64,000 nucleotides of DNA from Bilabrum cf. latius (taxonomy: Eukaryota): NCBI GenBank assembly GCA_965178125.1, contig OZ237742.1:806001-870000 (forward strand), written 5' to 3'. The notes beneath the pieces were generated by a model. The model did not search any database. It saw nothing but the letters and a program-made list of their open reading frames with translations, and was not told where the DNA came from. The position numbers were made by a program, and so were the translations under genes. Each line of letters opens with the position of its first letter. Within the stretch, counting starts at the first letter, position 1. Shown piece after piece: positions 26,367 to 40,187 of the stretch.

Positions 26367-29300
26367 ATGGCAGACCGTTTGACACAGTTGTAGCATTTTG
26401 CAACGCGTCTCTAGGCTTTAGGCAATGCAGCAAATCGGCAAGAGGCTGACCAACTGACTAGTAGGGCAGTTGCCCTGTTGGAGGATTGCTTGCGCAAAAC
26501 CAAAGTTCCACTAGTTAGACAGGTTGTGTGCAAAACTGTGAATGAATGGTCTGCAATTGGGAAAATTCGCAGCTCTACATCAACGTTACAGAGCACTGCT
26601 CTCCTGGAGGCAGCGTAGGTTATCGATGAACAGCAGTCAAGACTCCTGTGCAGCTCACCGCTTTGGTCTGAAGGCGAGACGACGAATGTTGAGCTGCCGC
26701 AGCAACAGGGCCAAATTCATTCAGTCCATTCTATCAGTGGTGCACTGACTGAATCTCAAAGCCGCGACTCAAGCGCAGTTGAAGAGCAGTCAGTAACCTT
26801 TTCGCCTGCAACAGTGCTCGACACGATTCTATTCGATGCGCCAGACGACATCAATGAAACAATCCATGCTGCCCGAATGGTAATGAAAGTTGCGACTCAT
26901 CATGAGGCAGGCTTGCGCTGCGATGGCGGAGTAGCGCGAGCTGGCATACATGCGTCAGCCACATCATCAGCAGCAATCGACGAGCCCAATACCTCGGCAC
27001 GGCAGGATGAAGTCGCTTCAATGGTCGAGTCCATCAGACCATTCATAGCTACCTGTATGCGCCAGATTGAATCAAAGCGACCCAATGCAGCCGAGGATAC
27101 TGCCGCTGTAGTCCCACCAAGAGCCGGCAGGACGGACCGGATGGCTGTTCGGGTGGCGGTATGCTCGTGTCTGTTGTACCGTGCTATTCGATTTGCAACC
27201 GAATCAAGTGCTGTTAGTGGAAATGATGGTCTAACTGGAGTTGCCAAGAGCGGCAAGCCAACAGTACGCGGAGTATGCGGTTCAACAGCGGATCGCTTGC
27301 ACGAGCTATGCCATGGCATCCTCGACCTGATGCATTGCATGCATCAACACGCAGCTATGGCATCATGCAAAGCAATCAAATCAGGCCTAGTATCAAGTTT
27401 CGTCAGATGGTCCATCCTGACAGCGATGGAGGCGATCGCTGGGATCATGAATGCGTGGCAGCGATGGGAGCGATTGCTATCCTCACGGGACTCTACCGCT
27501 CGCCCCAAGGACACCAGCCTGCGATCAGGGGTAAATTCAGGCATTTGTTCCTCCCCTAGCTCTCCAGATGGAGGAGGAATGAGTCCCCGTGGGAACCTAG
27601 CTCACAAGGACGCCCTCAGCCAGTCGCTGTCGCAGGACTGGAGCCCAGTGTCCTTCCACGGGCTCGGACATGGTCGAAGCACGTCGCCGATCATTACTAA
27701 GGGCAGGCTGTAGAGGCCACCTGTCTCAGGCATGATTGGTAGCAGTGGTGCTCAATACGAGGATTTGGAGCGACGCACGAAGCGAGGGGGCAGGAGCAGT
27801 CCCGCGGCTGACGAACCGCTGGTAAAACTGCGGGCCAGGGCCACGTCAATGACACAGGCATGCCTTGCTGCGATTAAGAAGTCAGATGGAGACTTGGTTC
27901 TGCACATGACGTGGCTGTGTCACACACTGCGCCTCCGCGACGCTAGTCGACCCGCCATCGCCGATCCTGCACAGGACGAGCCGTCTGCATCTGGCACCTG
28001 CATGTCCGACAATGGTAGCATAGTAAACAGCGAGCCTCTAGACTCTATCCTTTCATCGCCACGGAACGCATAGTTCAGACGTGACCTACTGTCATCTGTT
28101 CCGAATGCGGTGGAGAGGCTGTATCGTGACGCGCAGGAGCAGCTGCAGCTCCTGAATTCCCGTGACCGGTCCAGCCGTCCACGCGCCAGTCTCCAGTCAA
28201 GCTCCCAGCAGCACCGCCCGCAGCTCCGTAGCCAGCTCTTTTTGACTCAGCTAGTTATCGCCAGAGTTGCGGTTCTGCGTCGCGCAGAGGAATCAAAGTC
28301 CCGAATGGTGAATGCCGCCGCAGCACCAGCCGACAAAGGGCAGAACCTAGGATGTGTCGACACACCAGTGACAGTACCAGACGACCTGTACGTGTTTGCT
28401 CTGCAATATTCAGCAGCGGCATACTGCTACAGGACTAGGCCAATGGATTTTGTTGCGAGTCCTTGCTATGCTTCGAATGTGCGTCAACTTGAACGACCTG
28501 CGAGCAAGCTCGAGCACAGCGGTGTAGTGCAAGTGGCCAGTCTCCCAAGCCATACACCTGAGCACCAGCAGCAACTGCCTGAGCGAGATGCTCTTCTAGT
28601 TGAGGTCAAACGGCTCAAGCTAGCACTGAAAAAGTCGAACCTGAGGGTGCTTGCCGCAGAGCAGAGCGCCCCCCTTTCTACCGAGGATATTCCTCCGGAT
28701 CGCGGATAGGTCGGTCAAAAGAAAGCCAGTTGCCCGCACGAGGCCGCAATTGCTCCTCGCTGCCGGATGCTGTCGACTGACAAAGGCGTAGCTGGAGCTG
28801 CCATCGCTCCATCTGCTAGCCTGCGCGCCGAGTCGAAGGCACCGACTCGCACACCGCGGTCGTGCCAGCCCGGGAGCTCGAGGAGAAGCATGGGGCGCAA
28901 GCATCTGCATGCGAGCTAGGTGGTTCCAACACAGCAAACCGTAGGGAGCCCCTACGTGATACCTGAGAGTGTCATGTCAGGCGTGGCTGCCCCCGACTCT
29001 CCAACGATTCTAGACTGCGTCATGGCTCAATTTCAGACGCCTGCAAGCGGCAGCAGAAAACTCAAAGCTGGATCATCACTTTGCAGTCGAGGCTCATAGA
29101 ATGCATCACAAATGCACGGCAGAGGGATGTAGGGAGAATCACTTGAGGCGTCGAGACTTGCAGGGGCATCTAGTGCGTCAATCGCTTCTAGTTCACCCGG
29201 ATTTGAGGGCAGCATCATGCACCGCACTGAGGACGAGAGCATGCTGCTAGACCTTGATTTGGACTATGATCCCGGTCCACCAGAGGCTAGAGAAGCTGCC

Positions 29301-29906
29301 GATGGGTGTGGTCCTCGGCAAGATCGCCGTGAGCCCAGGCTTTCGCGCAACTGTGATAGACAGAGCGATCCAGTCCACGTGCCACCGGACGCCGGTGCGG
29401 TGCGTGCTCCGAGACTCAAAGCAACTAGGAATGCAAGCCATAGTCAAAGCCCACGCGCCATGTAGCTGGCCCAAGACGAGATTGAGGATGCCTCGCCTGT
29501 TGCAGCAGTGAGTCCGGCGGCTGTGCGGCGAGTTACCGAGGGGTCAAAGAGGCCCACACTGAGTCCCCTGGCACAGTCGCTGCTCGTGTATGCAGAGAGA
29601 TCGGCCAAGAAGCCTGCCAAGAAAGTGAGGCGGAAACAGGCAGGGGCGGCAGCTACCAAGCAGCGACGGCGGCAGGCGAAAGGGCGAGGCCGATCAGAAG
29701 CATCCAGCTCAACAAAGGGATTCGGCGCTGAGACTCGCAACAAGAAGCAGCTCAAGCTCTTTAACGTACAGTCAAGCAAAAGTGGGTCTGTCGATGGTGG
29801 TACCACCAAGGTTGGAATGGTCAGGGGCAGGAATGGGGACCAAGTGGATGAATTGGCGCTGTTCACCTCAGGGACTGGCCAGTCCAAGCTGCGAATGGGA
29901 GTGTGA
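26367..29906 (+). CDS. Hypothetical protein (~1,180 aa) with a basic C-terminus
   Basis: One frame open from ATG 26367 to TGA 29904-29906, interrupted only by about 10 TAGs. No recognisable domain. Confidence 0.6.
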
Positions 29907-30065
29907 GCTCTGAAGTGTTGTCCAAGCTTGCGCTACACCTCGCCATTTGTTGGTTGAAATGCGTTGACTGAAATATACTGTACGATCGGATATTAGTTCT
30001 TACTGCAGTTGCGCTTGTCTTTTTCAAGGGGCCTCTCGCCCTTACTTTCTAAGAATGCTCAAGAG

Positions 30066-33000
30066 TTATGACACGTCCACCACACGGCTGTCTGAGTTCT
30101 CTGGATCGCCATGCTCGCGGTATGCCTCAACGTGGCCTGGCAGCACCTGCCCTGCCTGACTCCTGTCCTGTGATGCAATATCGAGCTCTTCTCCAGCGCT
30201 CAAACCGTGCTGCTATGTCTGCGAGCTTGCAGCAGAGTCAAGTGCCATCCTCTTAGCAGAACCACCTGCGGGTAGCAAAGCCTCACTAGCGGCGCTCACA
30301 TCTTGCTCTCTTCCAGGTGACGCAGAGTTCGCCAGCAGCTGCGTGCCAGTATCGCCGGCGGAATCAGTTGACTTGATCATTGGCTGGTCCTCTGTGTGGT
30401 CTCCGGACGCAGCGGCTAAGTCATTCATGATATCGTCCATTTCTTTGTTGCTCTGAGCGATTGCGAGGTTCTGTACCACGTGCTTGAACCTAGGATTATC
30501 TGCCAGCCTGTAAGTGTGGAGGCCTTGCTCCCGAAGCACCTCCCACGTCAGCATGGGCTGCCCAGCCTCGTGGTACCTGCCGTCGGGACCCGTGCCGTGA
30601 ATGGGCCACACTCGAAGCTCCGCAAGCTGGCTCGATGGAAAGTACCTGCTGTAGCCCAGCTAGACGGATTCATTCTCCAAGCTGCGCTCGCGAACCGCGG
30701 CTGCTTGTTCCTCTTTGGCAAGAAGCTTGCTGTAAGGCTCGGACAGGGCAGGGCTATAGCTGTCGATCTCGTCGACCTAAGGGGCTGGCTTGCAGCACAT
30801 GAAGCAGGTCAGCGTGTACACCATCCGGCTTATCACGGCGTACACAGCCTTTCCGAGCGTCCTTTTGAGCACGGTGAGAATCAACAACAAGATCAGAACC
30901 GTCAGTAGAGGCAGTGTAGTTATCTTGGTAGCTCGCTCCAGGAGTCCGAACGGGTCCGAATACGACGTGAGTGCCGAGCCGATGGTATCGCCAGCTGCGG
31001 CTGTGCCGTTCGTGGCTCCGCCTCCCACCGCCTCAGATGCAGACACTACATCCTCGATGGAATCTTCAATGCTGGGGGTGCCTACCCCCCCTGGCTCGCC
31101 CAGCATGTACACCGACACACCGGTGCGGACCAACACCGACACGAACACGGCGGTAGCTGTCAGGTCGGCAAGGCTTGCATCATAGCGTGGAGGTTCAGCG
31201 TACACCCTGAAGATAAGGAACTTGTCCACAATCAGGCTAGCCAGAACACCCAACAGCGCAATAAGATGCATGACTGGTAGTCCCGGAGAGTACACTATCG
31301 CGATGCACACTGTCGTCAGCACAGCAGCGACCCTTGTGGGCAGGTTGAAGGCCGGGGGCTCAAGCAGCTCGTTCAGCTGCTCCTGTGTGACCGCCTAGGG
31401 CATGCAACACCGCTGCATGCACGGAGTTACTATGTAGTACGTTGCCATGGGTGCGACATGTGGCACAAACACGTTCGCCAGCACAGAGATGCAGACTCCC
31501 ACGCCCACTGCCGCGTACCACCCGCTGTCGAAGCTCTTGTGCCCAGTGATGAAGACTCCTCCAAGGCTTTCCAAGTTCAATCCCTCTGCAAACTTGAAGT
31601 GTGCATTGACTAGTAGGACGATTAGGCCAGTGTTAATGACTTGTGCGACGAGCAGGCGAGACGCCAGGAAGGTCACCTTGGCGCTCGCAGAGGCGAACCG
31701 CTGGTACTTCGCGAGCACTTCGAGCAGCGAGATGAGCAGCACATTCACCAGAACCACGATCAAAGAGTTGCCGATGGAAATCGACTGTGCGGTCAAAAAC
31801 GCCGTGGCGATGTCAAGGCAGACACCCCCGTGCTGATCGCTTGCGGCGTCCACAGCTGCCCGGAACCCATTCTCCATGACTTGGTCTGAGAAATCCGTGA
31901 GGCAGAAGCAGCCGAGCACCGTGCTTGCAGCAAATGTCTGTGAGCGAGGGCTAGAGGGATCAACAAGCCTATTCTGCTCGTCGACGGGTGACTTGCACTC
32001 GAATGTGTCGCTCGGTCCAAAGCAAGTACCTGCGCACCGGCTATCGTGTCCGGCCAGTTGCGCAAAGTGTGCCCTGGCATTCACTTGCTCCGCCGCATGC
32101 ACATCAACATGGGACAGTTCGATTGACAGTATCTTGTCGCTAGTGTCATTGCGACTGCACTGCGATGCATCGGCAGCGGCTGCGACAAAGGACCAGTCAC
32201 CCCCCGGCGGCTACCCGCCGTACAGCAGTCCGGGCACGACAGTCTGGCACAGGGCCAGATCGGGTGCTTTTTCGAGAGAATCCCTGCTGACGACCGTCCC
32301 CACGATGACGATGACCATGGTCAGCAGCAGCACGAGGCACAGAACTGCGTTGGCGACGAGGCTCCTACAGCACCTCTCTTTGTCCGTAATCTCCACGTTT
32401 TCCCAGGCAATCGTGGAAGGGTCGTCCGCCTGTGATACGTGAATGCGGTGCTTACCCCTGAACATCAGCGCGGGTGGGGTTCCGCAGCAGAAGTACTGGT
32501 CTTGATCGCGATAGTCCGCGAGGATTCTCCGCTGGCTCATCTCGTTCTCAAAGGTCACGAATGCGCCCACGCACTCGGACGAGGCCTCGCTCAGAATGGC
32601 CTGCTGCTTGCCGTGCAGCCGCTCGGCCAAGCGGAGGATGTTGCGGCGCTCATACAACTCTAAATGCTCATCTTGTCGATGCTTCGCGATCCTGGCTCGC
32701 TCGACGGCAAGCCTGACATCTTGGTTCAAGGTCTTGGTGGCAAGCCCTGCCATGAGCATCTTGCCGTCTGGGTGGGCCACATTCACATCCGCCACCCATT
32801 TCCCGACGAACACCTGCTCCCCTGCATACGATGTGTTTTGAACAGGGTTTGCAGTCTCTCGGGGTGGCAGCTCGGCTACCAGGCGAAACTCGCTGTCCCC
32901 GTGCCTCTGCAAAAACCTGTGCAGTGTCTCGTCCGTCTCAGGCTGCAGCTGCGGCCTCGCTTGGGACTGTGCCTTCCTGCCGCACCAGATGCAGCATGCT

Positions 33001-33995
33001 CTGTACGTCCAATCCACGGCGTGCAAGTTGGCCAGCCTGTCAAAGAACTCGAGGACCTGCTCCCTGGTGGTGTCGGGCGGCAGCCCTTCCACCCAGACGG
33101 TGTAGTGGGCTGCATTTACGTCGTCCCGCTCGAAAAAGTCCCGCTTGCGCTCTGCTGCGTTGTTCGACCTCATAGATGTTACATAGTACAGCAGTACCAG
33201 CGTGACCAGTACCTCGGTTAGACCTTGCACGTATGCAACCTAGTCTCGAGAAAGCTCGCCGAGAAGCTGCGAAGCAGATATTGAACGATGTCTCAGTTTG
33301 GACAAGCGTCGGCAAATATTGACGCCAACCACTACAAGTTCAATTTGCTTCAGGGCATGCAACAGCGATCCTCACTTCTATTGAGTACTGGTCAGGCTGC
33401 ACGGGCAGCGTTGAGTTCATTGAAACCTTAGACTGTGCCGCGTTGCCGAGAGAGGTTTGCGCCAGATACAGCCCATCCCTGTCTTCTGGATTGACACCAG
33501 ACCCTGCAATTGGGGTTTATGTGGACGTAGTTGGCGGTCAGCTCTCTTGGGACAAGACACTCAAACGCTCGCCTCGAGGAGACCGCACGGACGAACTCAC
33601 CACTGAAGTTAATGAGGCACACCGGAACGGTCAAAAATACTAGGCAAAGAAGGGCTCCTGCATAACTGCATAAAAACTGCACATGCAGAAGAATGCCAGG
33701 TCCCAGACGTCTGAGAGACTCCGAGCTGCTGCAGCACACTGGCAGCCTGCCTCCGCCTGCTATTCGATTTTTCGCATGTATTCTAGCCTGCAAATACAGC
33801 AATGTGTTGGGATATATCTGAAATAGTCAGTAAATTGAGCGATTGTCCACTTTCGGCAGTCGCACCGCTCACGTCGCGCATGATAGGTTCTTGCCAGTCA
33901 AGTGGAAGCTCTTGTTGAGCTTCCAACAGGAACTGCCTCGCCGTGGACACTTGATCTTCCGCGACAATCTTATCATTATTCGTACAACAATGCAT
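30066..33995 (-). CDS. OSCA/TMEM63 (CSC1-like) mechanosensitive or osmosensitive channel; 5' exon structure uncertain
   Basis: LGPGILL...F N-terminal helix, HYTVWVEGLP, AFVTFE, QADDPSTIAWENV, WYAAVG, TQEQLNELL and DKFLIFRVYAEPPRYD. TAGs at 32211, 31395, 30777 and 30213; ends TAA 30066-30068. Confidence 0.8.
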
Positions 33996-34153
33996 GCCTG
34001 GAAAATTATTTGTTTTGGGTCCTGTCAGCGCAGTTACTGCAAGAACTCAAGTCGAGCTCCGCTCGCGTGTGCTGTTTGTTGCGCGTTAATCAAGATTGCC
34101 GGCTATATACCAGATTTGGTGATTGCACAAATCGTGCAGATCACTCACGAAAA

Positions 34154-35190
34154 ATGGAGAAGGACTTAATTTACAACAAGGTACGAACAACAAATGTGTA
34201 TTAACCAGCTAGCTCGATCAATCTGCTCAAGCAACTCCTGATGCAACACCAAAGTGGTAACTATTACGATTGCTGCTGTGGCCCTCGCAGTAGAAGCCAG
34301 CAAGTCCGTTGGATTACTTCTAGAAGTTCCGGACAAAAATCATAACGTATGCAGCTATTGCTGTTGCAGTGCTTTTGGTGTACCACTTGGTCAGCGACGG
34401 TGACTTTTCCTTCCTGCTGACGCTGGCCTCGATTGCGCGCGTTGCAGCATTTTGCATCGTTCTTTACGGATTCTTCAAGGAAAGAAATGCTCAGAGCTTG
34501 AGTCTTAAGACCATGTAGCTGTATCTTGCTACACACTTCTTGCGGCTGTGCTCCATCCTGTTCGACCAGGGTTATTTACCATACGATAGCACCGGCGACT
34601 GGCTTTACCAAGCCTCGGAGGTCCTGATCCTGCTGCTTGTTGGTGCCATCGTGCTCATGGTAACTGGAGACAAGCGAATCAAGCAGTCCTACGAGCTTAC
34701 GTCCAACGTAGACGTGTTCGGAGTGGACCGAAAAGCAAAGTTCCCGCCCCTCAACGTGCCGTTCGTGCCAGAATACCTCGGCGCTTTGGTGATCCTGGTG
34801 CCGTGCGTCGTGCTGGCAATGATTTTCCATCCGTCGCTCAACAACTTCTTCTTGATGGACGTCGCGTGGACAGCGGCACTGTACACGGACTCTCTGGCTC
34901 TACTGCCGCAGCTGTACCTGCTGCACAAGAGGCAAGCTGAGGTGCGAGCCATGAACGCCGACTACATTTTCTGCTTGGCTTCCTCATGCTTTCTGAGCGT
35001 GATTTTCTGGTTGGCGTCGTACGCCGAGCTGAACGACAGGCAGTCCAAGCACATCACGGCTGCCTACCCGGGTTACCTGGTGGTGCTCAGCCAGCTTGTG
35101 CAGGTCGGTCAGCTCCTTCGGTTCGTGTACCTCTACATTAGCAGGGATGGGAAAGTTAGGACGATGACGCTGCTGCCTCTGGGCCACTGA
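34154..35190 (+). CDS. ER lumen protein-retaining receptor (ERD2/KDELR-like); intron 34181-34290
   Basis: YHLVSDGDFSFLLTL, SLSLKTM(TAG)LY, RLCS....GYLPYDSTGDWLYQ and HPSLN....DVAW...Y.DS.ALLPQL. TAGs at 34291, 34321 and 34516; ends TGA. Confidence 0.88.
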
Positions 35191-35636
35191 GCGCGCGCGA
35201 TCTATTTTTATATTTCACTGCCGGTCCTAGCATGGACGTATGGACAGGGGACTGTCGTGAGAGTGACACGTGGAGGGAGGCAGAGACCTCTGGCGAGAAC
35301 AAGGGTGCGCGGCAGACTTGCGAGTGGTTTGCATCTGCTGGAAAGCGGCATAGATTGAATGGGGGTTTTGGTAAATGATATTTTAAAGGAGCATACAGTG
35401 TGACATACGGAAACAGATACGCCACATTGTTCTTGAATGGGGGGTTACTTGTCAAATCGAGTCTTGACAAATTTCAGTTAGGCAGGGCAAGCAATTGGCC
35501 CTAGCGATAATTCAGTGCGCAGCTCTCTTTCCAGGCTACAAGCAGGCTGAACTGTATCATGGGCTGCTCCAAAGCCTCGCGCATTGCTGCGAAGCACTTG
35601 CTCCACCGGAACCGAGCACGACCGCCAAGTCCCCCC

Positions 35637-36671
35637 TCAGAAGAGCGTAATGAGCGCAAATGTTGCGTAGAGCAAGAAGCTCGGATACGCAAGCAGGTAC
35701 CTTTGTTCCCTGGCCCGCATCACCACTTCGAGCAACCGAGTTGCCGCCCAAGTGCTCCAGCCAACGCACACCATGCCCAGCAGCGCGCCCGGCAAACTGT
35801 GCGAAGGGATCACCAAGCACAGCAGCGCGAGGAAAACTATGGGAATTAAGCTGTACCCGAAGATGGAAAGTACCTGCCCGATGCCTACCCCTTCCTCTGT
35901 TCTGGACATTAGGTTGAGCACGACGTACAGGCTGAGGCAGCCCACCACCCCAAACCCGTAAATGTAACCAAAGTGCAGCTTAGCTTCGAAGAGCAGCACG
36001 AATCCTAGCGCAAGACCCACTAGCAAAGGCCCGATCACGTCCCCGCCAGCGACCACGGTCCTCTCCGCCTCCGCAATCCGGTTCCAAGGCATCAGCACCG
36101 TCATGGTCTTGCGACCAACTTCCTCGAAGTCGATCTCCAGCTCGGCCAGAAGGCTCTTTTCTCCGTGTCCTGGGACGTCAGGGTCGTAGCCAAGCGCGGG
36201 GACAACCCCGCTGCGGCGGCCAAAGGGCCACCAAGAGCTGGGACCACCAGGTGCTCCGCCGCCAGGCTGCTGCTGCTGCTCCTCCTCGCCTGCCTACCCA
36301 GAGCCTGTCGAACCGCCAAACATGCCGCCAAACATGCTACCTGCCTGGTCATATTGCTGACTAGTGCCATCGCCTTGCCCAGGAGCAGCATTGCTGCCTC
36401 CCATCGCGCCAGAATAAGAGTTGGATGGCTCGGCAGTGCTCGGACCGGTGCCGTCTGCTGCGCCAAGCGACTGCCAACCATCTAATTCACCTGCTGACCC
36501 AGCAGAGTCGGCACCTCCAGCACCAAACAATCGTCTCCCTCCTATATGCGCTCCCTGTCCTGATGAGCCTGACTCGTCGGCGTACACGTTGCCATCTGGC
36601 GACTTCGGAGCGTTCGCACTGTCTGATATGCCTCGCCCACGAAAAGGCTATGTCGGTGAAGCAGAGGCCAT
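35637..36671 (-). CDS. YIP1-domain protein (YIPF5/7-like)
   Basis: SLLAELEIDF...KT..VL.P, D..GPL, KLHFGYIYG, SIFGYSLIP and QRYLLAYP..LLY..FAL. TAGs at 36648 and 36294; ends TGA. Confidence 0.88.
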
Positions 36672-37029
36672 GCCACTTCCATGCGAAGTCTAAAATTGCG
36701 TTGTGCCACCTTGAGATTTTCCCGCAAAAGCGCCAAATTGAAGCTGTCCTGGAGGGACGGTTGTGCCAGAGCCCGGCAAACCCCCCGTTCCAGCAGCGGC
36801 ACCCCCGGAATGTCCAAACTACGGAACTGCCGGCTTGCGAGTTCCAGAGCGATCAGCAATATCGTCTCCAAACATGGCTTCTTAGACTGAGTCGCTGGTG
36901 TAAAGAGCTCTGTATTCATTAATCTGTGCTTGATGATATCGCCGCGCAAAATTGCGAACGCGTAGCGGAACCTCGACGACGGCCACTGCGCAGAAATATC
37001 CTTGCCTCACCTGATCCAGTCCTTAGGTC

Positions 37030-40000
37030 ATGGGGCAATCATCTTCCACCAGTGGAGGGGAATTATCAAAAGAAAGTGCTTCGTCTGCTGGTATTCCTGT
37101 TCGGTTCGGCACGGAAACGAAGGAAAGGCCACTAGGAGTGTTTTTTGATCGCGGCGGGCCCAACCGCAGGAACCTTGTCCTTGCCCACAGTCGCACCGTA
37201 GATGTGTTCAATCCTGATAACGGTAAGCTGGAGCTGCTTGCATTTTTCGCTTTCTTGGAGGTGCTTGCTTGAGAAGTGATTCTTGCTTCTTCGCCATCCA
37301 CCAGCCTGCAGGAGACAAGCGAATATCGATTCGGATCTCATCCCCAGCATCCTGCGCATCTTACGCTGCGTCAACAACTCTTGGTCGACTAGTTCTGATT
37401 GGATGCCTGGACGGCAGCGTGAATTTACTTGATATCGACACGGGCAAGTGAGACGTCGTCAGTCAATTGCGGTTGGTGCCTCAATCTACTGTTCAGCCGG
37501 ATGAGTGTGCTCCAAGTTGGGTAATTTGATAAAGCGTCATATTGGCTCAGCGCAGAACGGTGAAATCTGCAGTTCTCGACCCGCCTGCTGGCATGGGCAA
37601 GCGCCCGAATGACGATCTGATTCGCTTCGAAGAGATGCACGAATCTGTGCGCCGCACTCTAGAGGCGAACGCGCGAGCGGGATCTGCAGGAGGATCCCTT
37701 GTCGCTACAAGCACGTCTGGCGAGGCCATGCCGAAGCCGAGCAGGTTCGTCACGTTCATCGCGGATGCCGGTCTTCGCGAGCAGCTGCTCGTCGGGTACT
37801 CGGACGGCTCCGCGTTCGTGATGAAAATCATCGGAGGTGAGACTTGTATTGCATTGCACCGCTTGGCGTGCTTGCGCTAGACTATTCCGCAAACCCGCTA
37901 GAACGCCAGCATGCGTGCGAGGCAGCTCCACAGCGCAACGCCAGCACACATCGCCTCGGAGCCCCACCCAGCTCATGCCCCCAACCCCCCCCCCCCCCAC
38001 TCACACCAATTCGCCCGCACACATAACGCGCCCCGTGTACACCTCCTTCCACCACTCCTCCCGTAGCCGACCCTGGCACCGCCCTGCTGCCCCCCGACAT
38101 GGAAGACACCGAGGCTGACCCGACCTCTGCGACTGCCGCTAGGTCTGCAATCGCTGCCACTGCCACTTCTGGCTCTCCGGGCAGCAGGAGTGCGAACTAT
38201 CGGGACAACATGGGCCCCGTGGTGGGCATTCGCGTCTTTGGGGCAGAGGAGGCACCCATCGTGGCGGTGGCTCACTGCAACGGAATCATCCATTGCTACG
38301 ACCTGAAAACATGTGAGAGAGATGATTAGGACGTGCAGCTCCAATGAGTTCCAGTCTGCAGTATCATCCGAGCAGCCAGCCCTGCAAGTTTTGCTAGCTT
38401 TGCGCGAGGCAGCGCACCCCTCATCTGCACTGCTACGTGGCATCCTTTGCGTACCTCTCTATCTTAACGCAGGCCAGTGGCGCGGGAATTACAAGACGCA
38501 ATCCGGGGATCGAATCTCGGCACTGCTAGGCCTGCCGCAGTACCAGTGCATCCTGGCCACGCTGCATAGGAGGAACGCGTTCCTGCTCTGGGACCTAGTC
38601 GGTCGCAAATCAGCGGAGCTTGACGTCACAGCGGAACTGGAGTCGATCGGGAAGCGGAACTCGGTCGTGACGTCAGCCTGCTTTGATGACGACAGGGGCA
38701 TGCTCACTGTGGGCACGCACGACGGGGGGCTGTTTCTCCGGGCCGTGCGGCGCATCGGGGGGACGAACGACCTCGCGCTCCGACTGCTTCGCAGCTACAA
38801 GCCAACGCACAGCCTCGGCAAGATCCTGCCGGGCACTAGCCCGCACACGCTGCCAACTGCTGTGACTTCCATGTACTTCGACAGCAGAAGCGATTCGCTG
38901 TTCACCACAGATGGATCGGGGATCGCCCGACTTGTTCCCAAGGCCACTGGCATTGCCTCAACTCGGGCGCGGGCTGCCACAGGCGACGGGCAGGTGATCG
39001 CCACAAGTGCAAGCACGTCTGGCGGCGAGGACGCCAGCCAGGGAGGAGCAGCCGGGGACGATGAAGAGTTCGGCTCCGGCGGATTGGCTGCAGCAGTGGC
39101 AGCTGCATAGGCAGACGACGAGGACTAGGGTGGCGCCGGCGCGGTGCAGATCAGGATTGGAGGAGCTGCTGCTGCGGGTGCTGCTGATGATGCCAGTAGC
39201 TCTGCCGAGGAGGAGGCTGCTGCCAAGAAGGCTGCCGAGGAGGAGGCTGCTGCCAAGAAGGCCGCCGAGGAGGAGGCTGCTGCCAAGAAGGCTGCCGAGG
39301 AGGAGGCTGCTGCCAAGAAGGCCGCCGAGGAGGAGGCTGCTGCCAAGAAGGCTGCCGAGGAGGAGGCTGCTGCCAAGAAGGCCGCCGAGGAGGAGGCTGC
39401 TGCCAAGAAGGCCGCCGAGGAGGAGGCTGCTGCCAAGAAGGCTGCCGAGGAGGAGGCTGCTGCCAAGAAGGCTGCCGAGGAGGAGGCTGCTGCCAAGAAG
39501 GCTGCCGAGGAGGAGGCTGCTGCCAAGAAGGCCGCCGAGGAGGAGGCTGCTGCCAAGAAGGCTGCCGAGGAGGAGGCTGCTGCCAAGAAGGCTGCCGAGG
39601 AGGAGGCTGCTGCCAAGAAGGCTGCCGAGGAGGAGGCTGCTGCCAAGAAGGCCGCCGAGGAGGAGGCTGCTGCCAAGAAGGCCGCCGAGGAGGAGGCTGC
39701 TGCCAAGAAGGCCGCCGAGGAGGAGGCTGCTGCCAAGAAGGCTGCCGAGGAGGAGGCTGCTGCCAAGAAGGCTGCCGAGGAGGAGGCTGCTGCCAAGAAG
39801 GCCGCCGAGGAGGAGGCTGCTGCCAAGAAGGCTGCCGAGGAGGAGGCTGCTGCCAAGAAGGCTGCCGAGGAGGAGGCTGCTGCCAAGAAGGCCGCCGAGG
39901 AGGAGGCTGCTGCCAAGAAGGCCGCCGAGGAGGAGGCTGCTGCCAAGAAGGCTGCCGAGGAGGAGGCTGCTGCCAAGAAGGCTGCCGAGGAGGAGGCTGC

Positions 40001-40187
40001 TGCCAAGAAGGCTGCCGAGGAAGGGCAGGATGATGAGGATGAAGAAGAGGATGGTGCGGCAGCTGGCGATGACGAAGACGGCGATAAAGCAGACGAAGGA
40101 GCGAAGGCTGATGACGGTGCAGCTGCAGATGGTACCAAATCAAAATCAACGGGCTCCAAGAAGAAGAGGAGGCGCCGTCGGAAATAA
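37030..40187 (+). CDS. WD40-like beta-propeller protein with a C-terminal (AAEEEAAAKK)27 helix and a basic tail; several introns
   Basis: Possible N-myristoylation start MGQSSS, LIGCLDGSVNLLD, LLVGYSDGS and VTSACFDD...LTVGTHDGGLFL. TAGs at 39108 and 39126; ends KKKRRRRRK-TAA 40185-40187. Confidence 0.7.
39201..40020 (+). repeat. 30-bp coding tandem repeat, 27 copies (GCY GCC GAG GAG GAG GCT GCT GCC AAG AAG)
   Basis: Directly visible. Apart from the first copy (TCT), units differ only at one synonymous GCT/GCC site. Confidence 0.97.

Noticed and set aside
39201-40020. CRISPR array
   Set aside because: Repeats are contiguous with no spacers, encode an in-frame peptide, and no cas genes are present.
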